Both the position numbers and the translations under genes were made by a program. Shown here in pieces: positions 47,536 to 57,535 of a stretch of DNA of 64,000 nt. The first letter of the stretch is position 1. Each line of letters opens with the position of its first letter. Origin of the DNA: Candidatus Levybacteria bacterium RIFCSPHIGHO2_01_FULL_41_15. Its GTDB lineage: Bacteria > Patescibacteriota > Microgenomatia > Levybacterales > UBA12049. Below the pieces are notes generated by a model. The model did no database searches and was not told the DNA's origin. It saw only the letters and a program-made list of their open reading frames with translations. Location: assembly GCA_001782165.1 (NCBI GenBank), contig MFNV01000007.1:15449-79448 (forward strand), read 5' to 3'.

Positions 47536-50439
47536 ATGAACGGAGAAAAAACTCTCAATAAGCAACAGCTTGAAGCTGTTAAATACGGTAGTGGACCTCT
47601 TTTGATAATTGCAGGAGCAGGAACCGGAAAGACTACGGTTATAACAGAAAGAATAAAACATCTTATTCTTAAAAAAAACGTTGCTCCATCTGAAATTTTG
47701 GCTCTTACTTTTACAGAAAAGGCGTCAAGAGAAATGGAAGAACGGGTAGATATGGCTCTCCCCTATGGCTTCACCCAAATGTGGATTTCCACTTTCCATT
47801 CTTTTTGTGATAGGATTCTTCGCGCAGAAGCTCTTTCAATCGGACTTAATCCCTCTTTTACTCTCCTTTCCGAAGCACAGTCCATTCTTTTTCTTAGGAA
47901 AAATTTTTTTTTATTTGATCTTGATTACTTCAGGCCCCTTGGCAACCCTGATAAGTTTTTAAGCGGTATGCTTTCGCATTTCTCAAGACTTAAAGATGAG
48001 GATATAACATGGGAACAATACCTTTCGTATGCACGGGGCCTAAAAATAAAAAATAAAGAAGAAATTAAGAAAACATTAGAGCTTGCAAGGGCATATAAAA
48101 TTTATGAGGAACTCAAAATAAAAGAGGGTGTGATGGATTTTGCCGATCTTATAACAAACACTTTAAAACTCCTAAGAACAAGAAAAACGATTCTTAAAAA
48201 TTATCAAGATCAATTCAGGTATATTTTGGTGGACGAATTCCAAGATACGAATTTTGCACAAAACGAATTGGCAATTCTTTTATCAGGAGAGAGAAAAAAT
48301 ATAACAGTAGTTGGAGATGACGATCAGGCAATCTATAGATGGCGAGGGGCTGCGATTGCCAACATTATTCAGTTTCGAAAATATTTTCCAAAAGCAAAGG
48401 TCATAACACTTACCAAAAACTACAGATCAACAGAGGAGATTCTCAACTCATCCTATAAACTCATTCAAAACAACAATCCGGACAGACTTGAAGTTAAGGA
48501 AAAGATAAACAAAAAACTCACTTCAGAAAGGAAAGTACGAGGAGATAAAGTTGAGTTTATATTTGAGAATAGAGTCGAGGAGGAAACAGACTCAGTAGCA
48601 AAAAAAATAAAAGAATTAGTTGCCAAAAAAAATCTTTTGTACAAAGATATAGCAATTCTGGTACGGGCCAATAGCCACTCACAACCCTTTACAAGAGCAC
48701 TGGAGCGAGCAAATATCCCCTATCAATTCCTAGGACCAGGACAGCTCTTCCATCAGGATGAAATTAAGAATCTTATCGCATATCTTAAGGTTCTTTATAA
48801 TTTTGAAGACTCCGTCTCTTTATACAGAGTTTTAAATATGCCGATCTTTGAACTTGAGGGAAGAGACATTGCGGCTATTTTAAACTTTGCGAGAAGAAAA
48901 AATCTTACTCTTTTTGAAGCTTTAGAAAATATTGACCAAGTTTTTCTAAAAGACGAGGAAAAGGACAAAATTAAAAATATAGAAAAAATGATTAAACGCC
49001 ACCTCAAATTGGTACCCAAAGAAACTGCGGGTCAAGTCCTGTACTATTTCATGAAGGACTCGGGTCTTCTTAAGAAATTTTCGGCAGTCAAATTGACCCG
49101 GGAGGAAAAGGAATATCAAAATATCGCAAAATTTTTTGATAAGCTCAAAACTTTTGAAGCGGGGAATCCCGATGCTTCTGTTTTTGCTATTGTTGATTGG
49201 ATTGATCTTTCTCTTGCGATGGGCGAAGGACCCCTTGCGCAAGACCTAGACTGGAGCGAGAATGATGCTGTAAATATACTGACAGTCCATTCCAGTAAGG
49301 GTCTTGAATTTAAAACTGTCTTTCTGGTAAATCTTGTTGTCGGCCGATTCCCTACAAGAGACCGGTCCGAACAAATTCCTATACCTTCGGATCTTATAAA
49401 AGAGGTGCTTCCTGAAGGAGACTACCATCTTGAGGAAGAAAGAAGACTTTTCTATGTAGGCATGACAAGAGCAAAAGATTATCTTCTCTTAACAGCCTCA
49501 AACTACTATGGTGAAGGGAAACGGGAACGCAAAGTTTCTCCTTTTGTGTATGAGGCTCTAGACAAAAATAAGCTTGATGAGATTGCAACACTATCTTCAA
49601 AAACAATCCCTCTTCAAATCTCTATGCTTGACTGGGATAAAAAAGATGAAAGAAAAAAGAGAAAGGCAGAAGATTTGTCAAAACAAATCTTATTCCCTAA
49701 TTCTTCAAATTATATTTCCTATTCTCAAATTCAGACATTTGATATTTGCCCTCTTCATTATAAATTAAGATATATACTTAAAATTCCAACACCCTCGTCT
49801 CCTGCCCAAAGTATAGGAACAAGTATTCATGCTGCTCTTCGGGATTTTTATCAAAGCTTAATAAACGGAAAAAATATAGAAATAAAAGATATCGAAAAAA
49901 TCCTAAAAAATGTCTGGATAAATGAAGGCTATTCAAGTAAAAGGCACGAGGAGAGGGCTTTTGCGAATGCAAAAAAAATTGCAGTAAATTATCTTAAAAA
50001 AAATTTTAACAGAAAAAAACTTCCTATCGCTTTGGAGCTCCCTTTTCAGTTTAATCTGAGAAATCTAAGGATTGGAGGAAGAATTGATCGCATAGATCTT
50101 ATTGATCAAGGAAAAATAGAGATAACGGATTATAAAACCGGAAGAAACATGCCTGATGAAAAGAAGCTTGAGAAAGATCTTCAGCTGACCTTTTATGCTT
50201 TGGCTGCAACAGAGGTCCGCGACAAAATACTAAGCAGAAAACCCGAGGATGTAATTCTTTCTCTTTATTTTTTGGAAGCTGGAAAAAAGTTAACAACGAC
50301 CAGGACCAAAGAACAATTAGAAAAGGCAAAAGAAGAAATATTAAGAAAAGCGGAAGAAATTGCCAAAAGTGAATTTATATGTTCAGGGAATTCTCTTTGT
50401 CTTACCTGCGAATACAAAATCCTCTGTAACGCCAATTAA
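47536..50439 (+). CDS. UvrD/PcrA-family helicase fused to a C-terminal PD-(D/E)xK (RecB/Cas4-like) nuclease domain
   Basis: Helicase motif I AGAGTGKTT, motif II VDEFQDTN, and further UvrD motifs. The C-terminus has IGGRIDRIDL...ITDYKTG and the terminal Cys cluster C..CLTCEYKILC. Confidence 0.8.
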   Translation: MNGEKTLNKQQLEAVKYGSGPLLIIAGAGTGKTTVITERIKHLILKKNVAPSEILALTFTEKASREMEERVDMALPYGFTQMWISTFHSFCDRILRAEALSIGLNPSFTLLSEAQSILFLRKNFFLFDLDYFRPLGNPDKFLSGMLSHFSRLKDEDITWEQYLSYARGLKIKNKEEIKKTLELARAYKIYEELKIKEGVMDFADLITNTLKLLRTRKTILKNYQDQFRYILVDEFQDTNFAQNELAILLSGERKNITVVGDDDQAIYRWRGAAIANIIQFRKYFPKAKVITLTKNYRSTEEILNSSYKLIQNNNPDRLEVKEKINKKLTSERKVRGDKVEFIFENRVEEETDSVAKKIKELVAKKNLLYKDIAILVRANSHSQPFTRALERANIPYQFLGPGQLFHQDEIKNLIAYLKVLYNFEDSVSLYRVLNMPIFELEGRDIAAILNFARRKNLTLFEALENIDQVFLKDEEKDKIKNIEKMIKRHLKLVPKETAGQVLYYFMKDSGLLKKFSAVKLTREEKEYQNIAKFFDKLKTFEAGNPDASVFAIVDWIDLSLAMGEGPLAQDLDWSENDAVNILTVHSSKGLEFKTVFLVNLVVGRFPTRDRSEQIPIPSDLIKEVLPEGDYHLEEERRLFYVGMTRAKDYLLLTASNYYGEGKRERKVSPFVYEALDKNKLDEIATLSSKTIPLQISMLDWDKKDERKKRKAEDLSKQILFPNSSNYISYSQIQTFDICPLHYKLRYILKIPTPSSPAQSIGTSIHAALRDFYQSLINGKNIEIKDIEKILKNVWINEGYSSKRHEERAFANAKKIAVNYLKKNFNRKKLPIALELPFQFNLRNLRIGGRIDRIDLIDQGKIEITDYKTGRNMPDEKKLEKDLQLTFYALAATEVRDKILSRKPEDVILSLYFLEAGKKLTTTRTKEQLEKAKEEILRKAEEIAKSEFICSGNSLCLTCEYKILCNAN

Positions 50440-50442
50440 AAA

Positions 50443-50765
50443 ACTCCGGGGAGAGAGTAAGCCAGATTCTGTTTTTACCGCAATCTATCTATGCTCTCTA
50501 CTTGGTACTCCTGTAAGGAAAGTAATAACGTACCGTTCTGAGATTGCAGCGGGTAGGATTGTCGCGTTTCATACCCACTCGTCTCTGTGACTCTCAAGTC
50601 TTGTCAATTCAAGACCTGCTCTAAACTCCGCATGTGGGTAAAGAATTTAGAGACCGGTTTCCCGGAGCTTACGCTCCGTCCCCCTCCTTACTGCTGTCTG
50701 GACTTTCCTGTCGCCCTCGTAATGCTGGCGACTAGCGGTCCTTCTCCCCAGAGCACGAGTATTTT
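50443..50765 (-). ncRNA. rnpB: RNase P RNA (bacterial type)
   Basis: On the minus strand: the P4 5' strand AGGAAAGUCCAGAC with the universally conserved bulged U, the P4 3' strand ACAGAAUCUGGCUUAC, and P1 pairing between CUGGGGAGAAGG (5') and CUCUCCCCGG (3'). The region is protein-poor and higher in GC. Confidence 0.75.
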
Positions 50766-50793
50766 ACCAAATTCGAGGTTTTCAATCAAGTTA

Positions 50794-51582
50794 TTAGCTG
50801 CTGGCACTTGAGTATCTCTTAAGGGAAAAGTTCCAGAATTTAAGATTTAAATATAGCAGCGTTATGCTTACAAAAATAGAAATTAAAATGAGATTGGGAG
50901 ACAAAAGTCCGATTGCCGCCTTGGCCGGGAATGTCACCATTATTCCAACTGGAATTACAAAAGTAATTATTGAGCGGAGGGGATTCTGGTAAATATCAAC
51001 AGGGAATCTGCCCATTTGAGTCAGATCTCTATAAAGCCAGAGAGTATTGTCGACTTCAGAGGTCAAAATTCCAATTGATAAAACAAAAATGTGGAAAGAA
51101 AGCGCAATTATAAGACCGTTGATAAGAAGAGCAAAATAGATAAGAATTGATAAAAAAGTTATAGAAGACAAATGAGTAAAACTTATGAATATAAAAATGA
51201 TGGATAAAAGGAGAATCGGAATATCCAAAGCGTCACTTCCTCCGAAAAGAAGCCGAAAAAGTACGGGCATGGGCTTTGTCAGAAAGTAATCAAAATCTCC
51301 TCTTATGACATAACTTCGGAATCTATAAACTTCCCGAAGGAAAAACTGAGCAAGGCTATCTACGAGGTTGAAGGTTATGTAAAAAAGAATAACCTCCCAA
51401 ATCGTATACCCTACGATTGCCTGAGTTCTTGAAGTTATTACCAAAAGGAAAAACATGAAAAATGAAAATCTTATAAGTTTTCCGATAATAAAAAGTATCG
51501 CACCAAACCTTGAGGCAAAGGCATTTTGCGATACCATAGTTGTCATCTTCCACCAAAGTTTTAGATATTTAGACAAATTCAT
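50794..51582 (-). CDS. ABC-2 type transporter permease
   Basis: 6-TM polytopic protein immediately downstream of a second permease and an ABC ATPase. Confidence 0.6.
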   Translation of the reverse strand: MNLSKYLKLWWKMTTMVSQNAFASRFGAILFIIGKLIRFSFFMFFLLVITSRTQAIVGYTIWEVILFYITFNLVDSLAQFFLREVYRFRSYVIRGDFDYFLTKPMPVLFRLLFGGSDALDIPILLLSIIFIFISFTHLSSITFLSILIYFALLINGLIIALSFHIFVLSIGILTSEVDNTLWLYRDLTQMGRFPVDIYQNPLRSIITFVIPVGIMVTFPAKAAIGLLSPNLILISIFVSITLLYLNLKFWNFSLKRYSSASS

Positions 51583-52373
51583 TTTCCGTATGCAGCGTAT
51601 GTCTTAAGTCCTTTTTTCCAAACTATCTTAACAAGATAATACATTCCAAAAACCCATAATGAGGAAATAATAAGACCTTGTAAAACTTCGGAGAAAGCCA
51701 GCTGTCCAAGATAAATCTTAAGAGGGAAATACAAAAGATACGTAAAAGGAAGGAATTTCAAAATCGAAAATATTGCCTTGGGCAAAATATCAAGAGGAAA
51801 TAATGATCCTGAAAAAAATCCCAGGATTGTTATAAAGATAAATCTCGGTGCCCAGATTTCAGGGCTCCAAAATCCTACAAGACCCAAAAGAAAATTAATG
51901 AAAAAATATATAAAAAAAGCAAGAAATGCTGAAAATATAAAAAGGAAAATATAAAATAAATTCGTCTGGAAAAAAAGGGGAGGTTTTAAGATAATAAAAA
52001 TAAGAGAAATCTCAATAAGGGAAAAGACGACATTCATGGCTTTATCTCCCACGTCTTTTGCGAGCCAATACTTAAAATAATTTATCGGGCGTAAGAGAAA
52101 ATTCATTAAGTTTCCGCTGTTTATCTCCTCTCCCACCGCATAACTTCGCGACGATAAAACAATTGCGTCCAAAAGAGAAGTTCCCAATATATAAGTAAGC
52201 ATCGCAGGCTGATCGTATCCTAAAATAGTTTTATTTCCGGAGAGCACAACAAGCCACAGAAAATAAATAGTAAGGAGCTGAATAGTATTTCTTACCCGCC
52301 ACATGATAAAGCTTACCCTGTAGGTGAGAGTTTCATCCCATGTGTTTTTTGCAATAAGAAAATATTTTCTCAT
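51579..52373 (-). CDS. ABC-2 type transporter permease
   Basis: 6-TM protein with 4-nt overlaps to both neighbours. Confidence 0.6.
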   Translation of the reverse strand: MRKYFLIAKNTWDETLTYRVSFIMWRVRNTIQLLTIYFLWLVVLSGNKTILGYDQPAMLTYILGTSLLDAIVLSSRSYAVGEEINSGNLMNFLLRPINYFKYWLAKDVGDKAMNVVFSLIEISLIFIILKPPLFFQTNLFYIFLFIFSAFLAFFIYFFINFLLGLVGFWSPEIWAPRFIFITILGFFSGSLFPLDILPKAIFSILKFLPFTYLLYFPLKIYLGQLAFSEVLQGLIISSLWVFGMYYLVKIVWKKGLKTYAAYGK

Positions 52374-53350
52374 TTCCTTTTTTCCGTATAAACTTGCGCA
52401 ATTACATCTTCTACTTCGGGGTCTTCTATCGTGATGTCTTCAACATTGAAATTCTTAAGAATATTTGAAGAGACAGAATTAATTTTTTCATTCGGAACTT
52501 TTAATATAAGCAGCGGATACTCAAATTTGTCTATTTTTCCTAAGATGTCAACTTTTTTAGGATCTACATATTCCTTAAACAAAACTTTTATTTTCTTATA
52601 GGGAGCATATTTAGTAACAAGGGAGGAGAGCTGTCCATCAAAAACAATCTTCCCGAAATTTATAATAATTACTCTCCTGCAAAGCTCCTCAACATCACCC
52701 ATATAGTGGCTTGTCAAAACAATCGTGGCTTTAAAACGCATATTATATTCTTTGATAAATTCTCGCAAGTTTTTTTGCATTACAACATCAAGTCCTATGG
52801 TGGGCTCATCAAGAAAAAGAACTTTTGGAGAATGGATAAGGGAAGCTATCAACTCCATCTTCATTCGCTGCCCTAGTGAAAGTTTTTTTACAGGGGTCTT
52901 AAGAATTTTCTTTACATCCAAAAGTCTTGAAAGTTCATCTAAAACTTTATTATACTCACCATCTGGGACTGCGTATATTTCTTTATTAAGAAGAAAAGTA
53001 TCTATTGAGGGCAAATCCCACCACAGCTGATTTTTTTGCCCCATGACCAGTGAAATTGACTTGAGAAACTCAGGCTTTCTATTATATGGATTAAATCCAA
53101 GAACACGAATCTCTCCTTTTGTCGGATACAATAAACCCGAAAGGCACTTAAGAGTTGTTGTCTTACCTGCTCCATTGGGACCTATGAAACCAACGAGCTC
53201 TCCCTCATTAATTTTAAAGGATATATCATTCACCGCTTTGACGGTTTCATATTTTCTAGAAAACAGGGATTTTATTGATCCTGTTATCCCGGGTTCTTTT
53301 TGGTGAATTTGATAATATTTTGATAGGTGGAAAACCGAAATAACTGACAT
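52370..53350 (-). CDS. ABC transporter ATP-binding protein
   Basis: Walker A GPNGAGKTT, signature LSLGQRMKMEL, Walker B FLDEPTIGLD. The internal Met is taken as the start. Confidence 0.8.
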   Translation of the reverse strand: MSVISVFHLSKYYQIHQKEPGITGSIKSLFSRKYETVKAVNDISFKINEGELVGFIGPNGAGKTTTLKCLSGLLYPTKGEIRVLGFNPYNRKPEFLKSISLVMGQKNQLWWDLPSIDTFLLNKEIYAVPDGEYNKVLDELSRLLDVKKILKTPVKKLSLGQRMKMELIASLIHSPKVLFLDEPTIGLDVVMQKNLREFIKEYNMRFKATIVLTSHYMGDVEELCRRVIIINFGKIVFDGQLSSLVTKYAPYKKIKVLFKEYVDPKKVDILGKIDKFEYPLLILKVPNEKINSVSSNILKNFNVEDITIEDPEVEDVIAQVYTEKRK

Positions 53351-53493
53351 AAATCCTAAATCCAAATACTCAAATCCTAAATAAACTACAATCTAATAAA
53401 TTTAAAATCCAAAACTTTCTATGATTTTGAAATTTGAGTTTAGATATTATTTGGAATTTATAATTTTGGATTTGTGATTTGATCAATTAATTA

Positions 53494-53531
53494 TAGCAAA
53501 AAAGAAGCATCCGAACTTTCGGCATGCTTCT
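53494..53531 (-). terminator. intrinsic terminator of hup (hairpin AGAAGCATCCGA-ACTT-TCGGCATGCTTCT followed by UUUUUUGCU on the minus strand)
   Basis: Inverted repeat and T-run read directly, 30 nt downstream of the hup stop. Confidence 0.55.
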
Positions 53532-53561
53532 ATTTAATATTTAATCTTTAATATTTTATTG

Positions 53562-53858
53562 CTATCTGACTGCTCTTTTAAGAGTCTTACCGGGGGTAAA
53601 ACCTGGTGCTTTTCGTGAAGAAATTGTAATTTTTTCTCCAGTCTTTGGATTCCTTCCGATTCTTTCTACTCTATTTCGGATGCTGAAAGTTCCAAATCCG
53701 GTTATCACTACCTTTTCTCCCCTTTTTAAGGAATCCCGGATAGAAGTTATGAAGGCCTGAACAGCATCTCGGGATGCTTTATTGGTAAGGTTTGCTTTCT
53801 TGGCAACGATTTCAATGAGATCTCTTTTGGTCAAAATTATCACCGTCCCTTCGGGCAA
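53562..53858 (-). CDS. hup: HU-family DNA-binding protein
   Basis: The GFGTFSIRNRVERIGRNPKTGEKI arm motif. Confidence 0.8.
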   Translation of the reverse strand: MPEGTVIILTKRDLIEIVAKKANLTNKASRDAVQAFITSIRDSLKRGEKVVITGFGTFSIRNRVERIGRNPKTGEKITISSRKAPGFTPGKTLKRAVR

Positions 53859-53925
53859 ATGTTGTAAATTAGATTAAAAATACAATGAAAACGGAATACT
53901 GTCAAGTAGTCAAACTATAACAATT

Positions 53926-55212
53926 TTAGGATTCTGACTGAGAAGATATTGCGCGGAATTCTCTTATCGCTGTCACTTTTACCTCCCCCGGGACTGCAAG
54001 AGATTTGGTAACTTCTTCTCTTATTTTGTGCGCAAGAAGGGTGGCTTGAGCATCATCAAGTTTCCCGGGATCAATTATTACTCGCAGTTCTCTTCCGGCT
54101 TCAAAAGCATAAGCCTCCTGAACACCTTCATATTTTTTGGCTATTTCCTCCATTTCCGTAAGTCTTTTTGCATATTCTTCAACATCCTCATATCTTGCTC
54201 CCGGTCTTGCTCCCGAAATGGCGTCTGCTATATACACAATAACTGATTCTAAAGATGAAAAAGGTTTGTCCTCATGATGCTCTAAAACACAATTAACAAT
54301 GGGCTCTGGAATGTTGAATCTTTTAAGAAGATCTGCTCCCAACTTTACATGACTTCCTTCACCTTCAACAACCTTTCCTATATCGTGGAAAAGACAACCA
54401 AGGCGGACAATATTTACGTTTGCTCCTATTTCGTGGGCAATATGAACGCCTATTTTTGTTTCCTCAAGAGTATGAACCACAAGATTTTGGCCGTAGGAAG
54501 TTCGGAATTTAAATCGCCCCAGAATCTGAATCAGTTCTTTGGGAAGATTAAAAACTCCAACTTCATGAGAAAGGCGCTCTCCTTCCTCAAACATAATTTT
54601 TTCTACTTCTTTTTTTGTCTGAGCAACTATTTCCTCTATTCGGAAAGGCTGGATTCTTGTGTCCTTTATAAGTTTTTCCAAAGATCTTCTTGCGATCTCC
54701 CGTCTTACCTGATCAAATGAGGAAAGCCTTATGGTTCCTTCCTCATCCAAATCTACATCAACGCCTGTTACCTGTTCAAAAGCTCTGATGTTTCTTCCTT
54801 CTTTTCCAATAATTCTTCCTTTTATGTCTTCGTCGGGAATCTTAACTGTTGATAAAGTATACTCCGCAACATAGCTTATGGCTCCATGCCTCATACTATC
54901 CGCCAAAATTTCCTGGGCTTTTTTATCTGCCGTCCTCTTGGCTTCTTCTTCTTTCTCTTTTATAAGACGGGCGGAAATCTGAGCCTCTTTTTCCTCAACT
55001 TCTTTTAGAAGCTGCTTCTTTGCTTCCTCAGTCGTCAAAGAGGAGACCTTTGATAGTTTTTCCCTGTATTCTTCTTTAATTTTTAAGAGGTCCTTCTTCT
55101 CTTTCTCAAGAGCTTCCTTCTCCTTCTCAAGTCTTTCTTGCCTCTCAAGAAGTTTTTTTTCAAGCTGTATCAAATCCTGTTGTGCCATAATCTTTGGAGA
55201 CAATAGAAGCAA
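53926..55212 (-). CDS. rny: ribonuclease Y
   Basis: Coiled-coil N-region, a KH domain (GRIIGKEGRNIRAFE) and an HD domain (FHDIGK...LEHHED). Confidence 0.85.
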   Translation of the reverse strand: MLLLSPKIMAQQDLIQLEKKLLERQERLEKEKEALEKEKKDLLKIKEEYREKLSKVSSLTTEEAKKQLLKEVEEKEAQISARLIKEKEEEAKRTADKKAQEILADSMRHGAISYVAEYTLSTVKIPDEDIKGRIIGKEGRNIRAFEQVTGVDVDLDEEGTIRLSSFDQVRREIARRSLEKLIKDTRIQPFRIEEIVAQTKKEVEKIMFEEGERLSHEVGVFNLPKELIQILGRFKFRTSYGQNLVVHTLEETKIGVHIAHEIGANVNIVRLGCLFHDIGKVVEGEGSHVKLGADLLKRFNIPEPIVNCVLEHHEDKPFSSLESVIVYIADAISGARPGARYEDVEEYAKRLTEMEEIAKKYEGVQEAYAFEAGRELRVIIDPGKLDDAQATLLAHKIREEVTKSLAVPGEVKVTAIREFRAISSQSES

Positions 55213-55517
55213 AAACCAAGTAAGACTGGCTTTATTTTAGCTTTGAAACTTTGTCTAAGGGGTTTATTTTCATTAAATTTGTAAACCTCTTTATTCTCGC
55301 CAAAACCCTTTGGGCAAGGCGGATAAACAATTTCCTATTGCCTCTTCTAAATTATACCACAAATTAACAACTGGCTACTGGCGACTAGCAATTGGCTTTA
55401 AATCGTCACTCCGCAGACTGAATGCATAGATTAATTTAAAATTTAAAATTTTTAATGAAATCTAAATGTTTAAAAATTAAATGATTTAAAAATTCATTTC
55501 AAATTAAAAATTGAAAA

Positions 55518-55994
55518 TTACTGTAGTTCTTTAAAAATCTCTTTGATTATATCGTAGTTAAACCCTTTTGATGCAAGGAATCTTGAAATCTTTTGAAATT
55601 TTTCTTCCCGCGGCAACCCCTTATATTTATTTAATTTTTTCTCAATCAACTTCTTCGCCGAACTTAAATCGTCAATCATCAATCGTAAATCGTCAATGAC
55701 TTGATCTATTAATTCGGTACTAATTCCTTTTTGTCTAAGTTCGATCTTAATCAAACGCAAGGCTCTTGGCCTAAACTTTGTTCTCTGCTCAATCCACCAC
55801 CTCACAAACTCCTCATCATTAAGAAAGTTTTTCTCCTTAAGTTTCCTAATTATTGATTCTATAATTTTATCGTCATTTTTGATTTTTGATTTTTGATTTT
55901 TGATTTTTAAATAGTCTCTTATCTCTTTCTCCGAACGAGGTCTATAGGAGAGAAATTTCAGTACCTTGTTATAAAACTTTTCAAACCCATCCAT
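55518..55994 (-). CDS. recX: recombination regulator RecX
   Basis: RecX three-repeat helical architecture. Contains two in-frame DNA tandem repeats. Confidence 0.7.
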   Translation of the reverse strand: MDGFEKFYNKVLKFLSYRPRSEKEIRDYLKIKNQKSKIKNDDKIIESIIRKLKEKNFLNDEEFVRWWIEQRTKFRPRALRLIKIELRQKGISTELIDQVIDDLRLMIDDLSSAKKLIEKKLNKYKGLPREEKFQKISRFLASKGFNYDIIKEIFKELQ

Positions 55995-56006
55995 TTATCG
56001 AATGCA

Positions 56007-56399
56007 TTATCGGTGGCGCAAACGTCTTACAAATTCTTCTTTTGTATCATATTGTACAAACTCAACCCAGTAACCTACGCTACCCTCTAAAACTACCGTT
56101 TCTCCTTGTATTGCTTTTTCAGGATCTATTGCGATTCCTCGTCCTCTTTCAAATCCTTCCGCTATTAGTTCTTGACTTGGAACATAAGCCGTTGCTTTTT
56201 CGCCAGGATTTGCAATTTCAACCTGTAGCATTTGCCTCCTTTTCCTAAGAAATCTTTTTCTTTCATAAGCAACAACAAGATCCACCGACTCTGCGGGCTC
56301 TCTTCCGTCAACTCCCATCTTTTCAGGAAAAGACAAATGTTGAACTCTTACAGTATTTGAGTCAATTCGAACATTAAGTTTTCTTTCTATTTGAGGCAT
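56007..56399 (-). CDS. hypothetical protein between recA and recX
   Basis: 130-aa ORF, tightly packed (3 nt after the recA stop and 13 nt before recX). GC slightly above local average. No recognisable domain. Confidence 0.4.
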   Translation of the reverse strand: MPQIERKLNVRIDSNTVRVQHLSFPEKMGVDGREPAESVDLVVAYERKRFLRKRRQMLQVEIANPGEKATAYVPSQELIAEGFERGRGIAIDPEKAIQGETVVLEGSVGYWVEFVQYDTKEEFVRRLRHR

Positions 56400-56401
56400 A
56401 G

Positions 56402-57487
56402 TTAGGAGGGTTCTTTTTCTTCGACTCCTACGGCAACTGGGGTGCCGCCGGCGGATTTGCTTTTTTTGATAATCTCATCAACGATTTTTTTGGCGACCTC
56501 ATGTTTCTCTTTGAGGAAATCTATAGTCGCCGCCTTTCCTTGTCCTAGCATTAAATCTCTGTATCTAAAGAATGCTCCGGATTTTCCTATGATCCCCATC
56601 TCAACTCCTACATCAACAATCCCGCCTTCTCTTGAGATTCCGGTATCTGCTATTACATCAAATTCTGCAATTCTAAAGGGAGCTGAAACTTTATTTTTGA
56701 CAATTTTTGCTCTATGTCTTGAGCCCACAACTTTATCACCATCTTTTAAAGACTCAATTTTTCTTACGTCAATTCTTACCGATGAATAAAACTTAAGAGC
56801 AAGACCTCCTGTTGTTGTTTCGGGATTTCCAAACATTACACCGATTTTTTGGCGCAATTGATTTGTAAAAATTACGACTGTTTTTGATTTTGAAATAACG
56901 CCTGTAAGTTTTCGAAGGGCCTGCGACATTAGACGGGCCTGAAGTCCCATCATCGAATCGCCCATTTCTCCTTCAATTTCTGCCCGTGGAACCAAAGCCG
57001 CCACAGAATCAATTACCAAAACATCGACGCCTCCTGAGCGAATCAAACTTTCTGCAATCTCCAAGGCCTGCTCTCCTGTATCAGGCTGGGATATCAAAAG
57101 CTCAGGCAGTTTTACTCCGATTCTTTCTGCCCACAAAGGATCAAGGGCGTGCTCGGCGTCTATAAAGGCCGCAACTCCTCCTGTTTTTTGCGCTTGTGCA
57201 ATAATCGAGAGAGCAATTGTTGTTTTCCCGGACGCCTCCGGACCAAAAATTTCAACAACCCTTCCTCTTGGCACTCCACCTACCCCAAGTGCCAAATCCA
57301 GAGGCAAACACCCCGTTGAGATAACAGAGACATCCAATTTTTGCCCTGCCTCCCCAAAACGCATTATGGAACCTCTTCCGTATTGCTTTTCAATCTGTTC
57401 CATTGCAAGTTTTATCGCATCAAGTTTTTTAGAGGCCTCTGTGGGTCCGTTTGGTGAAGTTTTTTGCGGAGATTGATGTTTGGCCAT
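56402..57487 (-). CDS. recA: recombinase RecA
   Basis: Walker [11 protein letters not shown]1/L2 loop motifs, and [20 protein letters not shown]. Confidence 0.9.
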   Translation of the reverse strand: MAKHQSPQKTSPNGPTEASKKLDAIKLAMEQIEKQYGRGSIMRFGEAGQKLDVSVISTGCLPLDLALGVGGVPRGRVVEIFGPEASGKTTIALSIIAQAQKTGGVAAFIDAEHALDPLWAERIGVKLPELLISQPDTGEQALEIAESLIRSGGVDVLVIDSVAALVPRAEIEGEMGDSMMGLQARLMSQALRKLTGVISKSKTVVIFTNQLRQKIGVMFGNPETTTGGLALKFYSSVRIDVRKIESLKDGDKVVGSRHRAKIVKNKVSAPFRIAEFDVIADTGISREGGIVDVGVEMGIIGKSGAFFRYRDLMLGQGKAATIDFLKEKHEVAKKIVDEIIKKSKSAGGTPVAVGVEEKEPS

Positions 57488-57535
57488 TTTCGTTTCAATT
57501 GTAAACATTCTTATGTTAAAATACAAGATGTAAAA

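Noticed and set aside
50360-50811. Small plus-strand ORFs 50360..50590 and 50587..50811
   Set aside because: The region carries RNase P RNA signatures on the minus strand, so these ORFs are artefacts of a GC-richer RNA gene.
55870-55910. CRISPR array among the tandem repeats (GATTTTT x5; AAATTTC arrays)
   Set aside because: Repeat unit is 7 nt with no spacers, far from CRISPR geometry (24-48-nt repeats with similar-length unique spacers). No cas genes in the window.
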